From Octopus sinensis (lineage: Eukaryota), in the NCBI RefSeq assembly GCF_006345805.1, contig NC_043023.1, forward strand, positions 6,138,001 through 6,202,000: a stretch of DNA of 64,000 nucleotides. The letters are read 5' to 3'. The notes under the pieces were generated by a model. That model was not told the DNA's origin. It made no database searches and saw only the letters and a program-made list of their open reading frames with translations. Below, in pieces: positions 1 to 59,140 of this stretch. Both the position numbers and the translations under genes were made by a program. Each line of letters opens with the position of its first letter. Positions within the stretch are counted from its first letter, which is position 1.

Positions 1-222
1 GCTCACTTCTAGCAAAATATTGGGGCTATTTTGCACCCTGTTCATTAATTTTAGCTTTTTATTTAATGCTAACCGGCCACCTATATTATAATATATTTAA
101 TTGATCTAAATATATTATGATAACTTACTATATTTATATATATATATAATATATATATATCAGGCTAAACGTAAAAATAATTACATACACAAAAAATACA
201 TACACCACATATATATATATAT

Positions 223-1246
223 GTTAGTTAGTTAATTTGGCTCAAAAGCAAATAGCAAGGCCATGTAGGGGGACATGGAGTTAAGTACAGGGTGGTGTTC
301 ATGTAAAGAGTTCAGGCCACTTGAGGTCCAGGGAGGCTTTGAACAAAGCGGTCGTCGGCATCTTCACCATCTCATCTGGCAGCTTGTTCCACGGATCCGC
401 AACCCGGACGGAGAAAGCTCCTCTCCTTCGATTGAGATGAAATCGTCGCAGGTAGAGCTTTTCGGAATGACCTCGCAGCCGACGCTCTGGAGCAGGAGTG
501 AAGAACAGCTCTTTCGAGAGGTTACACTTTCCGTATGATGTTGTGGGCGAGAATGAGATCACCACGGCGGCGGCGTTTTTCAAGAGAATAAAGGTCGAGC
601 GTCCTCAGCCTTTCTTCGTAGGACAAATTTTTGAGACCATGAACCATGCGGGTAGCCAGCTTCTGGACTCTTTCGAGATGATGTATGTCTTTGAGGAGAT
701 AAGGAGAAGAGGCTTGAATCCCATACTCCAATATGGGTCTCACCAGCGTGACATAGAGCGGTAGGAATATGGCTGCTGTGAGCATTCCGAATGACCGTCG
801 AATCAAGAACAGAATTCCGCGCGCTTTGTTGGCAGCATGGACGCACTGGGCCGAAGGCGAAAGGAGGAATCCACCAAGATACCCAGGTCCTTTACCTGAT
901 CGGTCCTCTCCAGCAGCAGACGACCCGGCTCGAAATCAAGTTGAGTTGCAGGAGGAGAGCCAACAGGCAGATGACAGCACTTTGACACGTTCAGACACAG
1001 GTCCCAATCGTTAGACCACTTCCAAATTTGGTGGAGGCATCGACGAAGATCCTCTATATCACCGCAAGGGGCGACCAGTTTGATATCGTCGGCAAATAGA
1101 AGGGTGTGTTGCGTGAGGTCGTCGGGCAAGTCATTTATGAAGACCAAGAACCTTGAGGCACGCCACTGCTCGCACTGGAGACGTCGGACCGCGAACCATT
1201 AACTTGGACTTGGAAGGAGCGATCTGAGAGGAAGGCACCAACCCAT
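223..1246 (-). mobile_element. 5'-truncated CR1/L2-group LINE, ORF2 RT C-terminal part, frameshifted
   Basis: SGVPQGS..VFINDL..LLFADDIKL, KDLGILVD, LYVTLVRPILEY, LERVQKLATR, RRRRGDLI; (TAAC)n tail. Confidence 0.92.
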
Positions 1247-1604
1247 CATACAATATCCGGATGGAATATTGTTACACATATACGAAGGGCTTCTTTCAGT
1301 TTCAGTCTACCAAATCCACTTACAAGGCTTTGGTCGGCCTGAGGCTGTAGAAGACACTTGCCCAAGGTGCCACACAGTGGGAATGAACCCGGAACCATGT
1401 GGTTGGTAAGCAAGCTACTTACCACACAGCCACTCCCATTGCGCCTATAGTTTAGTTCCATTTTGAAAAATAAAAATTTATTTTACAGTTTATAATTGTT
1501 TATATTTTTAATTACATATATATACGGGGGCACCAAAATCTTTCAGGTGCTTAGGGCCTCTATCGGTCTCACCCTGGATGCATGCATGGCAAAGTGGACA
1601 TTAA

Positions 1605-1825
1605 CCCTTTAGTGTTCAGATTACTCTGTTAAATGTAGTAATTTTTCACTCAAATTGTCTTGAATTAATCATGCATTATCTTATAGCTTTGAGGTTTCAA
1701 TGATGTGATTGTTTATTTTCAGAATGGCATTGTAGGTTAGGAGTGAGAGGCTAGATATGGCCAGTTTGAATATAAAACATGTAGAATATATTGGGCCGGA
1801 TTTGGCCGGTTTAAACACTAAAGGG
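1605..1825. mobile_element. piggyBac-type MITE, family 1
   Basis: TTAA TSD, 12-bp perfect TIR CCCTTTAGTGTT. Other copies or fragments at 13021-14008, about 10340-10820, 27140-27770 and 40370-40585. Confidence 0.85.
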
Positions 1826-1857
1826 TTAAAAAGATAAGTATGATAGTATTGACTCAC

Positions 1858-47642
<45,785 letters not shown>

Positions 47643-49174
47643 CTGAATGACCAACAACAGACATTGGATAGGATGAACCAGGTCAAAAGGGTAAACAAAG
47701 TAGAGTGGGCAGAAACACCAAAGTTGGTTGAGCAAGTCACAAAAAATGCAGGTGTGCGTACGTAAGTTGATAAATATATGTGTTTGTGTGTGTACAGGTG
47801 TCCAGGGTCAGATGGTCAGCAAACACAAGCAGGTTTCCAGAGAGGCAGAAACAGGAACGATGGAAGAATGGTCAACCGAAAAAGGAAACAGAAAAAAACG
47901 TTAAGAATTAAATTGATTATACATCAGAAGACATTAACTTTCAAAACGTATACGTTATATGTACGTATGTATGTATATATATATAATATAAATTAGAGAT
48001 AAAACCACTATTACGCAACTTAAGTTATCTGTTTTATAAAATTATATTTTATTTGTTTTTTATGTTTTGGTTTATGTTTTTCACTGTTTGAGTTGCCTAA
48101 TAGTGGTTTTATCTCTAATTTATATTTTATGTATTTATACTGTGAAATTTGATTTAATACTAAATTGAATTTTTCCCTGTAAGTTTGGAGTTATACTCCC
48201 TAATATTATATATATATATATATATAAATAATAATAATGATATTAGGGAGTATAACTCCAAACTTACAGGGAAAAAATTAATATATATATATAAACCAGC
48301 TTAGAGAAGAAGAGACGAAACCAAACGAATCGAATCTACGCGAGGGCGCTCAGTCATACAATAGTGTAATAAATAAAATATATGCATACATACAAACATA
48401 TATGTACGTACCTACATCTACATGTATATATACATGCATATATAAATATATATACGTGTGTACAGGACACCACAAATAGACGCAGAAAACGTAAAAACAG
48501 CATGGAACGGACCATTTTTTTAACAACGAAAAAACAGAGTACAAGACAACTACACAAGGAAAAATCCCCTTCATCAGCTGTCCCTAATATATATATATAT
48601 ATATCAAATTAAATACACAACCGAAAGAGCTACTAATAATTTCATGCTATTATGATAGCTGAAGAGGCATACTTATACAATATGCTATGTATCTTAAAAC
48701 AATCTTTCAGAATCTGTTTATGCATTATATATGATTTTTAAAAACCAGGGAGCTGGACAGTAAGGAAATAAGAGAGAAATGCGGAAAAGACATGAAGGTT
48801 GGTGCAAAAAAATGAAACAAGAAAAAAAAAAAAGAGACAATCAAAAAACTAGGATCTTTGTCCTAACGAATTGCAGAAAACTCATTAAATACATCTGGTT
48901 TAGAACACAATAACAGAAAATATGTTTCAGTCTGCAAGACTCAATCCATACACACACATTTGCATTTTAAAAAACATTTTTTCAATGGTTGCATGGGTCT
49001 GAATTCATTGAGGCAGATTTTCTATGGCCAGATACCCTTCCTATTGCTCAGCCTCACCAGTTTCCAAGAAAGGTTTTAATGGAGGTTCAGAAACACCACA
49101 TGCATTGCTGCGTGGTGATACTAATTTTCAACTTTCACACAATACCAAAACAAGGAAATGCTCATGTACATACA

Positions 49175-49228
<54 letters not shown>

Positions 49229-50016
49229 AGTTAAAAAATTCCCTTTCTGCTACTATAAGAATCTCCATGATGGTAAACATACTTTTTTTACAAAGGCAAA
49301 GAGAAAAGCAATGAATCAACACGACCAGGAGATTCTTATGGTCGTAGAAAGGGAATTTTTAACTCCTATTTCTAATTTCGGTATGTGGTGAAGCACTTAG
49401 CTGAACCCTAATTATAATTATGTGGATAATTTTGCCTATAAAGGTTATTTTAACGTACCGATCTACTTGGTAAAATTGTTAATTGATTAATTAATAAATT
49501 TTACCCTTCTATTATATATATATATATACATACATACATACAGGTGTGGCTGTGTAATAAGTTTTCTTCCCAACCACACAGCTCTGGGTTCAAGTCCCAC
49601 TGGGTGGTACCTTGGGCAATTGTCTTCCACTAAAGCCTCCACCTAACCAAAGCCTTCTGAGTGGATTCAGTAAACAGACACTGATGATAGCCAGTTATAT
49701 ATGTGTGTGTGTGTGTATCTCATCTTTTACTTGTTTCAATCATTAGACTGTGGCCATGCTTGGGCAGGGGTGACACCAGTACTTATTTTAAGCATGGCAC
49801 CTTTTTCTATCAGTATCTTTTGCCCAGCTGCTAAGTTATGGTGATGTAAACACACCAAGACACAAAGGGCTTCTTTCAGTTTCTGTCTACCAAATCCACT
49901 CACAAAGCATTGGTTGGCCCAAGGCCGTAGTAGAAGACATTTGCCCAGGGTGTCACGCAGTGGGATTGAACCTAGGATCATGTGGTTAGGAATTAAACTT
50001 CTTAAAACACAGTCAC

Positions 50017-50058
<42 letters not shown>

Positions 50059-50064
50059 TTACTG

Positions 50065-50312
50065 TGGAGGCTCGTGGCTTAGTGGTTAGGGTGTCAGCAT
50101 CATGATCGTAAGATTGTGGTTTCGATTCCTGGACCAGGCGACGCATTGTGTTCTTGAGCAAAACACTTCATTTCATGTTGCTCCAGTCCACTCAGCTGGC
50201 AAAAATGAGTAACACTGCGATGGACTGGCGTCCTGTCCAGCTGGGGAACACATATGCCATAGAAACCAGGTCCATGAGCCTGGCTAGGCTTTAAAAGGGT
50301 ACATTTATTTAT
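50065..50312 (+). mobile_element. tRNA-headed SINE with V-domain-like segment
   Basis: TGGCTTAGTGGTTAGG A box, GGTTTCGATTCC B box, CTGCGATGGACTGGCGTCCTGTCCAG segment, (TTTA)n tail. Confidence 0.75.
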
Positions 50313-50771
50313 TTATATAATATAAATATATAAATAAATGCATATATGTACATAACTACATATATATGTTTCTATACATGCATATATAGGTACAGGACAT
50401 CAAAAAAACGTTGAACACAATGAGATATGAAAACAAACTTTTTTTTTCTAACAATGAAAACAGAGAAACGAGACATACAACATAAAGAATATTCTCCTTC
50501 TTCAGTTGTCCCTGTTTCATCTACTCCACGTTTCAAAAGCAAAGACAATTATATGTATATAATGATAGATCGTTAGCCACTACACACATTTTTTCACTCC
50601 TTGTTTTTTCTGTGTTCCTTTCTGTAGAAGAGCGTAAGCTCGAAATGTAAAAGACTTTTTCTATTCCTGAGCGTTATACTAATACATCTGTTTGTTTTGT
50701 ACACCACCTGTCTTCGTCTTTTGTTTTTATCGTAAACTCTTCCTATATATATATATATATATATATATATA

Positions 50772-51072
50772 ATCATCATCATCGTTTAACATCCGTTCTC
50801 CATGCTAGCATGGGTTGGACGGTTCGACCGGGGATCTGGGAAGCCAGAAGGCTGCCCCAGGCTCCGGCCTTATCTGGCAATGTTTCTACAGCTGGATGCC
50901 CTTCCTAACGCCAACCACTCCGTGAGTGTAGTGGGTGCTTTTTACATGCCACCTGCACTGGTGCCAGGCGAGGCTGGCATCGGCCACGGTCGGATTGGTG
51001 CATTTTACGTGCCACCTGCACGGAAGCCAGTCGAGGCGGTACTGGCTTCAGCCACGATTCGGATGGTGCTTT
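50772..51072 (-). mobile_element. SINE/retroposon family C with GGTGGCACGTAAAAAGCACC repeats and (GAT)n tail
   Basis: GAGTGGTTGGCGTTAGGAAGGGCATCCAGC..CCATGCTAGCATGG..GATGATG. Copies at about 26410, 28780, 34695, 35865, 39295, 42940 and 44188. Confidence 0.85.
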
Positions 51073-52441
51073 ATATATATATATATGTATGTGCACACAC
51101 ACACACACACATATTTACTTGTATCTTTGTTTCTGTCTCCCACCCAACCCACCCTCTATCACTCAATAATATTGGTTTGGTCTCCATAAGTTGGCACTCC
51201 AGAAGAAGAAACAGAGTATCATGCTCAAGAATAATAGGTACCGAGGTCAATTTCTTTGACTAAAAATCTCTTCAAAGCAAACACACACACACAGGGTGTC
51301 CCAGAATTAACCATCGATTTCAGTGAAATTAGATACTTAAAAAAAAAAAACTAGTTTATTCATATTTTTTCATGTTTAACGTGTTAAAAATGTATGATTT
51401 TTGTAATTTTTTTTTTTTTTTGTAAATTTATATTAATTCCTGTTGGATCCCACATCTGCTAAGAAGCTTGCTTCTACTCACAAGGCTCCGGTCAGCCTGA
51501 GGCTACGCATTATGACTGCATTGGATCTACACCTGGATCCATGTGGTTGGGAAGCAAACATCTTGGTAGACATGTAGCTTTGTCTCTCATGGTGTGACAA
51601 CTGGTGTTTGTTTATTTGCATCCCTGTAACTTGGCAGTTCAGCAAAAGATAAAAAAATAGCAATCCTTTGGAGATGGTATCACAAAACTGAAATTAAAGA
51701 CCATTCGTTTTATCTATTTGGCAATTTCTGGAAAAAATTTTTTAGGCGTAGGAGTGGCTGTGTGGTAAGTAGCTTGCTTACGAACCTCATAGTCCTGGGT
51801 TCAGTCCCACTGCGTGGCACCTTGGGCAAGTGTCTTCTACTGTAGCCTCAGTCCAACCAAAGCTTTGTGAGTGGATTTGGTAGACGGAAACTGAAAGAAG
51901 CTTGTCGTATATATATATGTATGTATGTGTGTGTGTATATGTTTGTCCCTCCAACATCACTTTACACCCCCGTAACTTAGCGGTTTAGAAAAAGAGACCG
52001 GTAGAATAAGTACTAGGCTTACAAAGAATAAGTCTTGGGGTCAATTTGCTTGACTAAAGGCGGTGCTCCAGCATGGCAATAGTCAAATGACTGAAACAAG
52101 CGAAAGATTATTTCCTGCTCAGTGACAGTTTTGTGCAAGTGCACACACCCATTTTCTTTCAAGTCCACAAACAAGTTGAACAGTGAAACACTCACTCACA
52201 CACGTTTTTCTGCTTTGACGAATTGCTAATACTTATGCATGAATGCATATTTGTCTACGCTATCGGCACAGGAGCGGCTGTGTGGTAAGTAGCTTGCTTA
52301 CCAACCACATGGTTCTGGGTTCAGTCCCACTGCATGGCACCTTGAGTAAGTGTCTTCTACTATAGCCTCAGGCCGACCAAAGCCTTGTGAGTGGATTTGG
52401 TAGACGAAACTGAAAGAAACCCGTCGTGTATTTGTATACAT

Positions 52442-52519
<78 letters not shown>

Positions 52520-53099
52520 ATGTGTGTATATGTTTGTGTCTGTGTTTGTCCCTAGCATTGCTTGACAACCGATGCTGGTGTGTTTATGTCCCCATCACTT
52601 AGCGGTTCGGCAAGAGAAACCGATGGAATAAGTACTAGGCTTACAAAGAATAAGTCCTGGGGTCGATTTGCTCGACTAAAGGTGGTGCTCCAGCATGGCC
52701 ACAGTCAAATGACTGAAACAAGTAAGAGAGTATGTATAGGTCTGTGTGTGAGCTGGAATTAAAGAAATTTTTTAAATTTACAGAAATTGCCAAACAGATA
52801 AAACACAACCATCTTTCATTTCAGTTTTAGTGAAACCAACTCCAAAGGATAGCCACAAAATAAGGGGGGGGGGGCAGCCAATGGCACCCTGGGCAAGTGT
52901 CTTCTACTATAGCCTCGAGCTCTTTTGGGTGGATTTCGTAGATGGACAGAAAGAAGCTTGTTGTGTATGACCCCACCACCATCACTTGACCAAGTGACCA
53001 ATAGTGTTAAGTACTAGGCTTTAAAAAAAAAAAAGTACAGGTGTCGATCCTTTTGACTAAAACTCTTTGATGTGGTGATCCTGCATGGCCACGGTCTAA

Positions 53100-53790
53100 T
53101 GACTGATAGATAGGTAGATGATTGATAGGTAGACGATGGATGGATGGATGGTTAATAGATAGATAGATGATAGAGATAGATAATAGGTAGATGATGAACA
53201 ATAGATGATGGATGGATGGTGAATGAGGGATAGAGATGATAGAGAGATAGATGAGAGAGAGAGAGAGAGAGATGAGAGTTAGATAGATGAGAGAGAGATG
53301 AGAGTTAGAGAGATGAGAGTTAGATAGATGAGAGAGAGAGAGAGATAGATAGATGAGAGAGCGAGATGACAGAGAGAGATAGATAGATGAAAGAGAGAGA
53401 TGGATACAGACAAGAGAGAGACGATAGAGGGAGAGAGAGAGAGACGATAGAGGGAAAGAGAGAGACGATAGAGGGAGAGAGAGAGACGATAGAGGGAGAG
53501 AGAGAGACGATAGAGGGAGAGAGACAGATGATAGAGAGAGAGACAGACAGACGACAGAGAGAGAGAGAGACGACAGAGAGAGAGAGAGACAGACGACAGG
53601 GGGGGAGAGACAGACGATAGGGGGGATAGACAGACGACAGGGGGGAGAGACAGACGACAGGGGGGGAGAGACAGACGACAGGGGGAGAGACAGACGATAG
53701 GGGGGGAGAGAGATGGGCGATAGATAGAGATAGATGGATGGATGATAGAGAGATAGATGGATGGATGATAGAGAGATAGATAGATAGATA
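53100..53790. repeat. Compound GATA/GAGA/GACA purine-rich microsatellite
   Basis: Direct inspection; includes a GAGACGATAGAGGGAGA higher-order unit. Confidence 0.9.
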
Positions 53791-54596
53791 TAAAAGGGGC
53801 GATCTTAATTGACTAAACTCTTCATAACTACGTGCTCCAGCATGGCCGGAGCTCAATGACTAAAACCACACAAGGCACATTTATACACGTTATACACACC
53901 CACAGTCGACGCGAATATCAGAAACGAGTGCATAAACAGTTACCTGTATTCACACGTTTATATACACGTGTGTACAGCCACGAGCGTGTATAATAAACCT
54001 GCAACACGCATATATATCTGTATACACACTTTTGTACGCGTTAGTTGTGCGTCTATGTTTTATACACAATATATACCCGCACATATATAATTGATACAAA
54101 AGTACGCGGTTACAATTATGCGTTTATATATCAATATATACACAAACATGTATACACATATACGTGCACACATTGATATACACAGTGGACGGGGGGAAAT
54201 GTAAAAATCAACGAAACGAAACCCGCCGAGAAGAGAAACGAGAATCCAGTGATATATATATGCATATACACGCATAAATCTATATATATACACACAAAGA
54301 GAACCGATACAACCTTGTGCGTGTATGTATGTGTATATATTATCACACTACGCAGTAGTTAAAAACCGGATCAACAAAGGGAGCAGCATGAAGTCGCTCG
54401 CTTTGCTAGAAATAGAAGTCAAATTTCCTTCAACACTGTTAAAGAGTAAAGATACATTGAAGAGAGTAGTCCCAGATAGATACCAATGTCTGAGATCGAA
54501 GACAAGCATGATAGCAGCTGAGCAATATCACAGCTGACAAAGAATTAAACACACGTGTGTATGTATGTATGTATATATGTATATATATATATATAT

Positions 54597-54730
54597 GTAG
54601 GTCCCGGGTTGAGTCGGGGTTAACCACAGTAAATAAGGTACTCAATACATAGCAGAGTAAAATAATTTATTTTATAGAAGGAGCTTCTACAGGACTAGAA
54701 CTGTTTCATTCAAAAGAAATCATCAGGAAT
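54597..54730 (-). mobile_element. Penelope-like element terminal-repeat remnant
   Basis: Hammerhead motif followed by AATAAA, embedded between (TA)n tracts, as is typical of PLE pseudo-LTRs. Confidence 0.5.
54685..54729 (-). ncRNA. Type I hammerhead ribozyme-like motif in a Penelope-like remnant
   Basis: TTC-CTGATGA-TTTCTTTTGAAT-GAAA-CAG-TTCTAGTC-CTG-TA-GAA: full core, paired stem III and GUA cleavage triplet; short stems I and II. Confidence 0.6.
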
Positions 54731-57454
54731 ATATATATATAATTATACATATATATAATTATACACACATTCCAACCTTAGGATGTCAAATGTGAACTTA
54801 AACCTCCAATTATTTTTCAACATTGGATACAAGACGAAATATGAGAATGATAGGTGTTCCGTCCAGTCTTTCATTTATGCAATAATAATTAAAAAATACC
54901 AAGACGGTATGGTTGAGGAGAAATTTGGCTGCTATTTCTAGCAGAGAGTATTACTTTGCAGGAGGGGGGAAACGTCTGATTAGCATTTCATCGTCAACGC
55001 GATTTGAACTCGCGCCGTCATTGTGATCGACGCCATGTAATAGTCACGAGACTCAGACGAAAAGCTTTCTTCACGTGGCTGCTCGCCGTGGTAGAAATCA
55101 CAGCCAAATCACCCTCAAATAAAAACGCCACCGTCTTAAACACGCATGTGACACATTTGGTCACGATAGTCCGAGTTTAACCCAAGACAAGATCATGGCT
55201 AAAAGCCATAATTTCTCTCTCTAGATTAAGGACAGACGTTTTCGAGAGAGGGGGAGTGTGGAAATTATTTATTAGATTTTGCTCATTACATCACTGGCAC
55301 CTTAATTAAACCAACCCACGAAAGACAGAACAGGTAAGAGGCGCACCTCGGGATTTGAACTCCCTTTGTCATCATGGCAGACTCATCGACCGACATTACC
55401 CCAATAGTTATTTTCAATTTACTAAACAAAGCTAACAAATTTGAATATCGATCCCGAGAGATGAGGTTATGGGAATAAATAAACGGTAGCGATGACTTCA
55501 GCGGAATTTGAACTCGAAACGTTAAGATCCGATACAAAGAGCAAAACTGCCGCCGCCCTAACTATTAATTATACCACTTTACTACCCTCAATAATTTGTT
55601 TTCACAAAGGAACAGGGTGAGAAATATTAGAGGAAAGGAATCAGTCGACTGTATGGACCCAGAAGGGGTGAAATGTTCAGTCGACTTCGACAAGAGCCGA
55701 ACCTCTATCGTCACAGAACAGAATGCCCCCAGCTCTTTGTTTTAATAATTTTTATACCTTAACGCCTCAAGGCTAAAAATATAGCCCTCCTCACCCGCCA
55801 GGTTTTCGCGAAATCTAAGTATACTTTATTTAATCGACCGCGGAAGGGTTGGAGCCAAAAAGTTAAATGATGACAACGTGAGTGAACGACACAAAAACAC
55901 AAGGTAGGATTCGGTCGCTCTTCCGCCTTGCTTGTCAATAGTTAAATAATAATAGTGATTTCAAATTTTAGCACAGGGCCAGCAGTTTTGAAAGGAGGGG
56001 GCAGTTCATTACAACGACCCCAGAACTTAGTACTTAATTATATCGACTTCGAAACAATGAAAACTCGGCCTCCGCGGGAGTTTGAACCTAGAACGACGGA
56101 AGACGAAATGCCGAGAAGTATTTTAATCCAGCGTGCTAACAATTCTGCGAGCTCGCCACTTTAATTTTAATCATTCTTTCTACCATAAGAACAAGACCTG
56201 AAATTTGAAGAGAGGGGCTAGTCGATTACATCGACCCCTTAAAAAGATGAAAGGGAAGTCGACCTCGGCGGTATTTGAACTCGGAACGTAATGGCCACAA
56301 GGCCGCGAAATTAATCAGGCGTGACGAGCGAAGAATTCAATCGAGGACTCTCATTGTTTAATTTGTGTCTGATTTTTATCGATCCCTTGCGAAGGATCAA
56401 AAGCAAAGCTGACCTTGGATGGACTAGAAATCAGACCGTTACAACCGGAACTTTAATCATGTGGCACTTCTTGTTAGGCCCTTTAAGCTATTCTACCCAA
56501 CTCAACACCTTACTAATAATCGTTATTATTTTTAACACAGAAAGAAGGTCAGAAATCCGGATTTGATTTCAATCGATTGCATTGACCACTTGGCCGGTAT
56601 CTTAATTTATCGACTCCAAAATTATGAAAAGCAAAGTTGACTTCGGTGACATTTGAAACCAAAACGTAGTAAAATTATAATAATGGCTTCTGGCTCGGAA
56701 CAAGTCTAGCAAATTTGAAAGAAGGGAACACATCTACGTCATCGACCCCATTTGCCTCGAGAAATGTAAGGCAAAGATCTTGAAACGTTAAAAAAGGGGG
56801 GGGCGGAAGAAAACCCCCCAAGAATAAGAAAGTCTTAATAATAATGGTTCCCCAGTTTAGGTACGAGGTCAGCAATTTTAAGGGGAAGAGGTTAAGTCGA
56901 TTACGTCCACCCCAGAACTTAACTGGTTCTTGATCAATTACCAAAAGTAAAAGGTAAAGTTGACCCCGGAGCGATTTGAACACGGAACGTCAAGAGCCGG
57001 AAGAAATACCGTAAAGATGAAAGGCTAATTATTATTATAATTATTCCTACTATAAGTACAGGGCCTGGAGTTGCGGGGAAGGGAGCTAGTCGACTACATC
57101 GACTGAGTTCAACCGATACTTTATTTCATCGACCCCCAGAAGGATGGAAATGGCGGGATTTGAACTCGCGAGATAGCGGAAGGATGAAAGAACGATGATG
57201 ATGATGATAATAATAGTAATAATAATAATACCATTGAAGACCTTTAAATCGGAGACTTATTTATTTGACTTCATTTATAATGGTAAAAAAGTATCTCCTG
57301 AAACAAGGATGGTGAGTTGTGGCGTTCATGCAGCAGCAACAACAACAGCAACGAAGGAGGAGGAAGAAATTGATTTAACACACTGCTAACGCTATATACA
57401 ATAATTTTGCCGGCCTCACACGTGTGTATATATCTATACACACACCCGTATATA

Positions 57455-57612
57455 CAAGCACATATATACACAAATATATGCACACATACACACAAAATAT
57501 GTATATATAATATATACACAAATATATGCACACATACACACAAAATATGTATATAATATATACACAAATATATGCACACATACACGCACAATATGTATAT
57601 AATATATACACA
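57455..57612. repeat. About 46-bp tandem repeat (TATATACACAAATATATGCACACATACAC..)
   Basis: Three copies. Confidence 0.8.
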
Positions 57613-59076
57613 CTGAGTAATATGTATAGGGTTAGACCACAAGTCAGGAAAAGGTCTGAAATTCTAAATATCTTGTATTTTTCTTATGCATTGATATTAA
57701 ATGTTAACCTACGAAGTGACTTTATTAAAATATTGAAGAAAAAATACAAAAATTTTTTTTAATAATTCATTAAAATTTCATTGAGTAATGATCCACCCTG
57801 CATGTGAGTGTGTATATATATATGTATATATATATATATAGACGTTACTTACACATATATGCAATAGTGAGGCTTAGCGTCGGCATACATACAATGGGTT
57901 TAAAACAGCGGAATAAAAATTTTAATGCCATGAGAAATATGACATGGATATGAATATACACTCACACATACTATATACACGCGCACTATGTACATACATT
58001 AACGAAATACAAATGAAACGTATATAAACACACACAAAAGAAATGCCTTTACATTTTATATATACACAGGCATGTATGTGTGTACACACACACACAAATA
58101 CATATATATTCATAGATTTATGGGTCGGAAGAAGGCGAAACGATATTAAATGTTGGTTGAAAGAAGCGACTGGGCTAATCCCACCTACCTATACGTATGT
58201 ATACACACAAATACAGATTTATGAGTGCAGACACGTACACCCACACCAATATAATACGTATTCATACATTCTCAAAGATGTATGAATGAAGCGACAGAAA
58301 AACCGTTATTCTTCTCTTCATGAATTGCTATGAACACCAATCCGTATACGCTAAATATATATAATACACACACAATATTATATATATATATATATATATA
58401 CATACATAAGCTTACCGGGGCGGTTGCCAACGACAGCTACATAATTTGTCAACTAATAATATACATACATACATATATATATATATACACACACACAGAC
58501 ACGTTAGTTGACTTATTAACCGGTACTGTATATAAATATATACACGCACTCAACCAAAAGCGTGTCTATACACCCGGTATTTTATATATGTATATATCTA
58601 TATACGCACACACCCAATTACTCGCAAACACACGTATATACGAGGCTAAAAGCGTGTTTAAAGAAGGCAACAAAGGCGAAGTAATTAAAGATTTCCAGTG
58701 ACCAGCGAAAATGTCAGCCATTTCTCCTCCATCTCTACACGTGTGTATGTGTATATAAATTTACACGCAATATATATATCCATACACATATATATTACTA
58801 TTATTACACACTTCTGAGTAGAAACGAAGGCGTAGAAAAAAGCTGTTTCGCTGACCGCTTTCTCGACGAATAAATATGCAATGTATATATATATATATTT
58901 ATATACCAATTCCTATCAAACACCCTATGTATAAAAATATACACAAACATACAGTTATAATCTATGAATGTGCCTGTCATTTAAACAGACCCATCTCCAT
59001 ATACACATTCACTCGTTCAGACATGCAATAGAAGTAATAGTATAAAGCAAGAGACAAAAAGCTGTGCATTACTGAC

Positions 59077-59140
59077 CGTTGCAGCGAAAACCTGCAAATG
59101 ATATAGGCTGCACCAATATGGCGGCTTTAATAGAGAGACA
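59077..59140 (-). promoter_or_regulatory. UBA1: Candidate non-coding first exon / TSS region of UBA1 with YY1-type motif
   Basis: Minus strand reads GCCGCCATATTG (YY1-like, 59114-59125), then CAACG|GTCAGT donor at 59076. Coding exon 1 starts at an acceptor, so an upstream exon is required. The 5' boundary is a guess. Confidence 0.55.

Noticed and set aside
53320-53856. 178-aa Ser/Leu-rich ORF and the many YIYIYI or THTH ORFs
   Set aside because: Translations of microsatellites.
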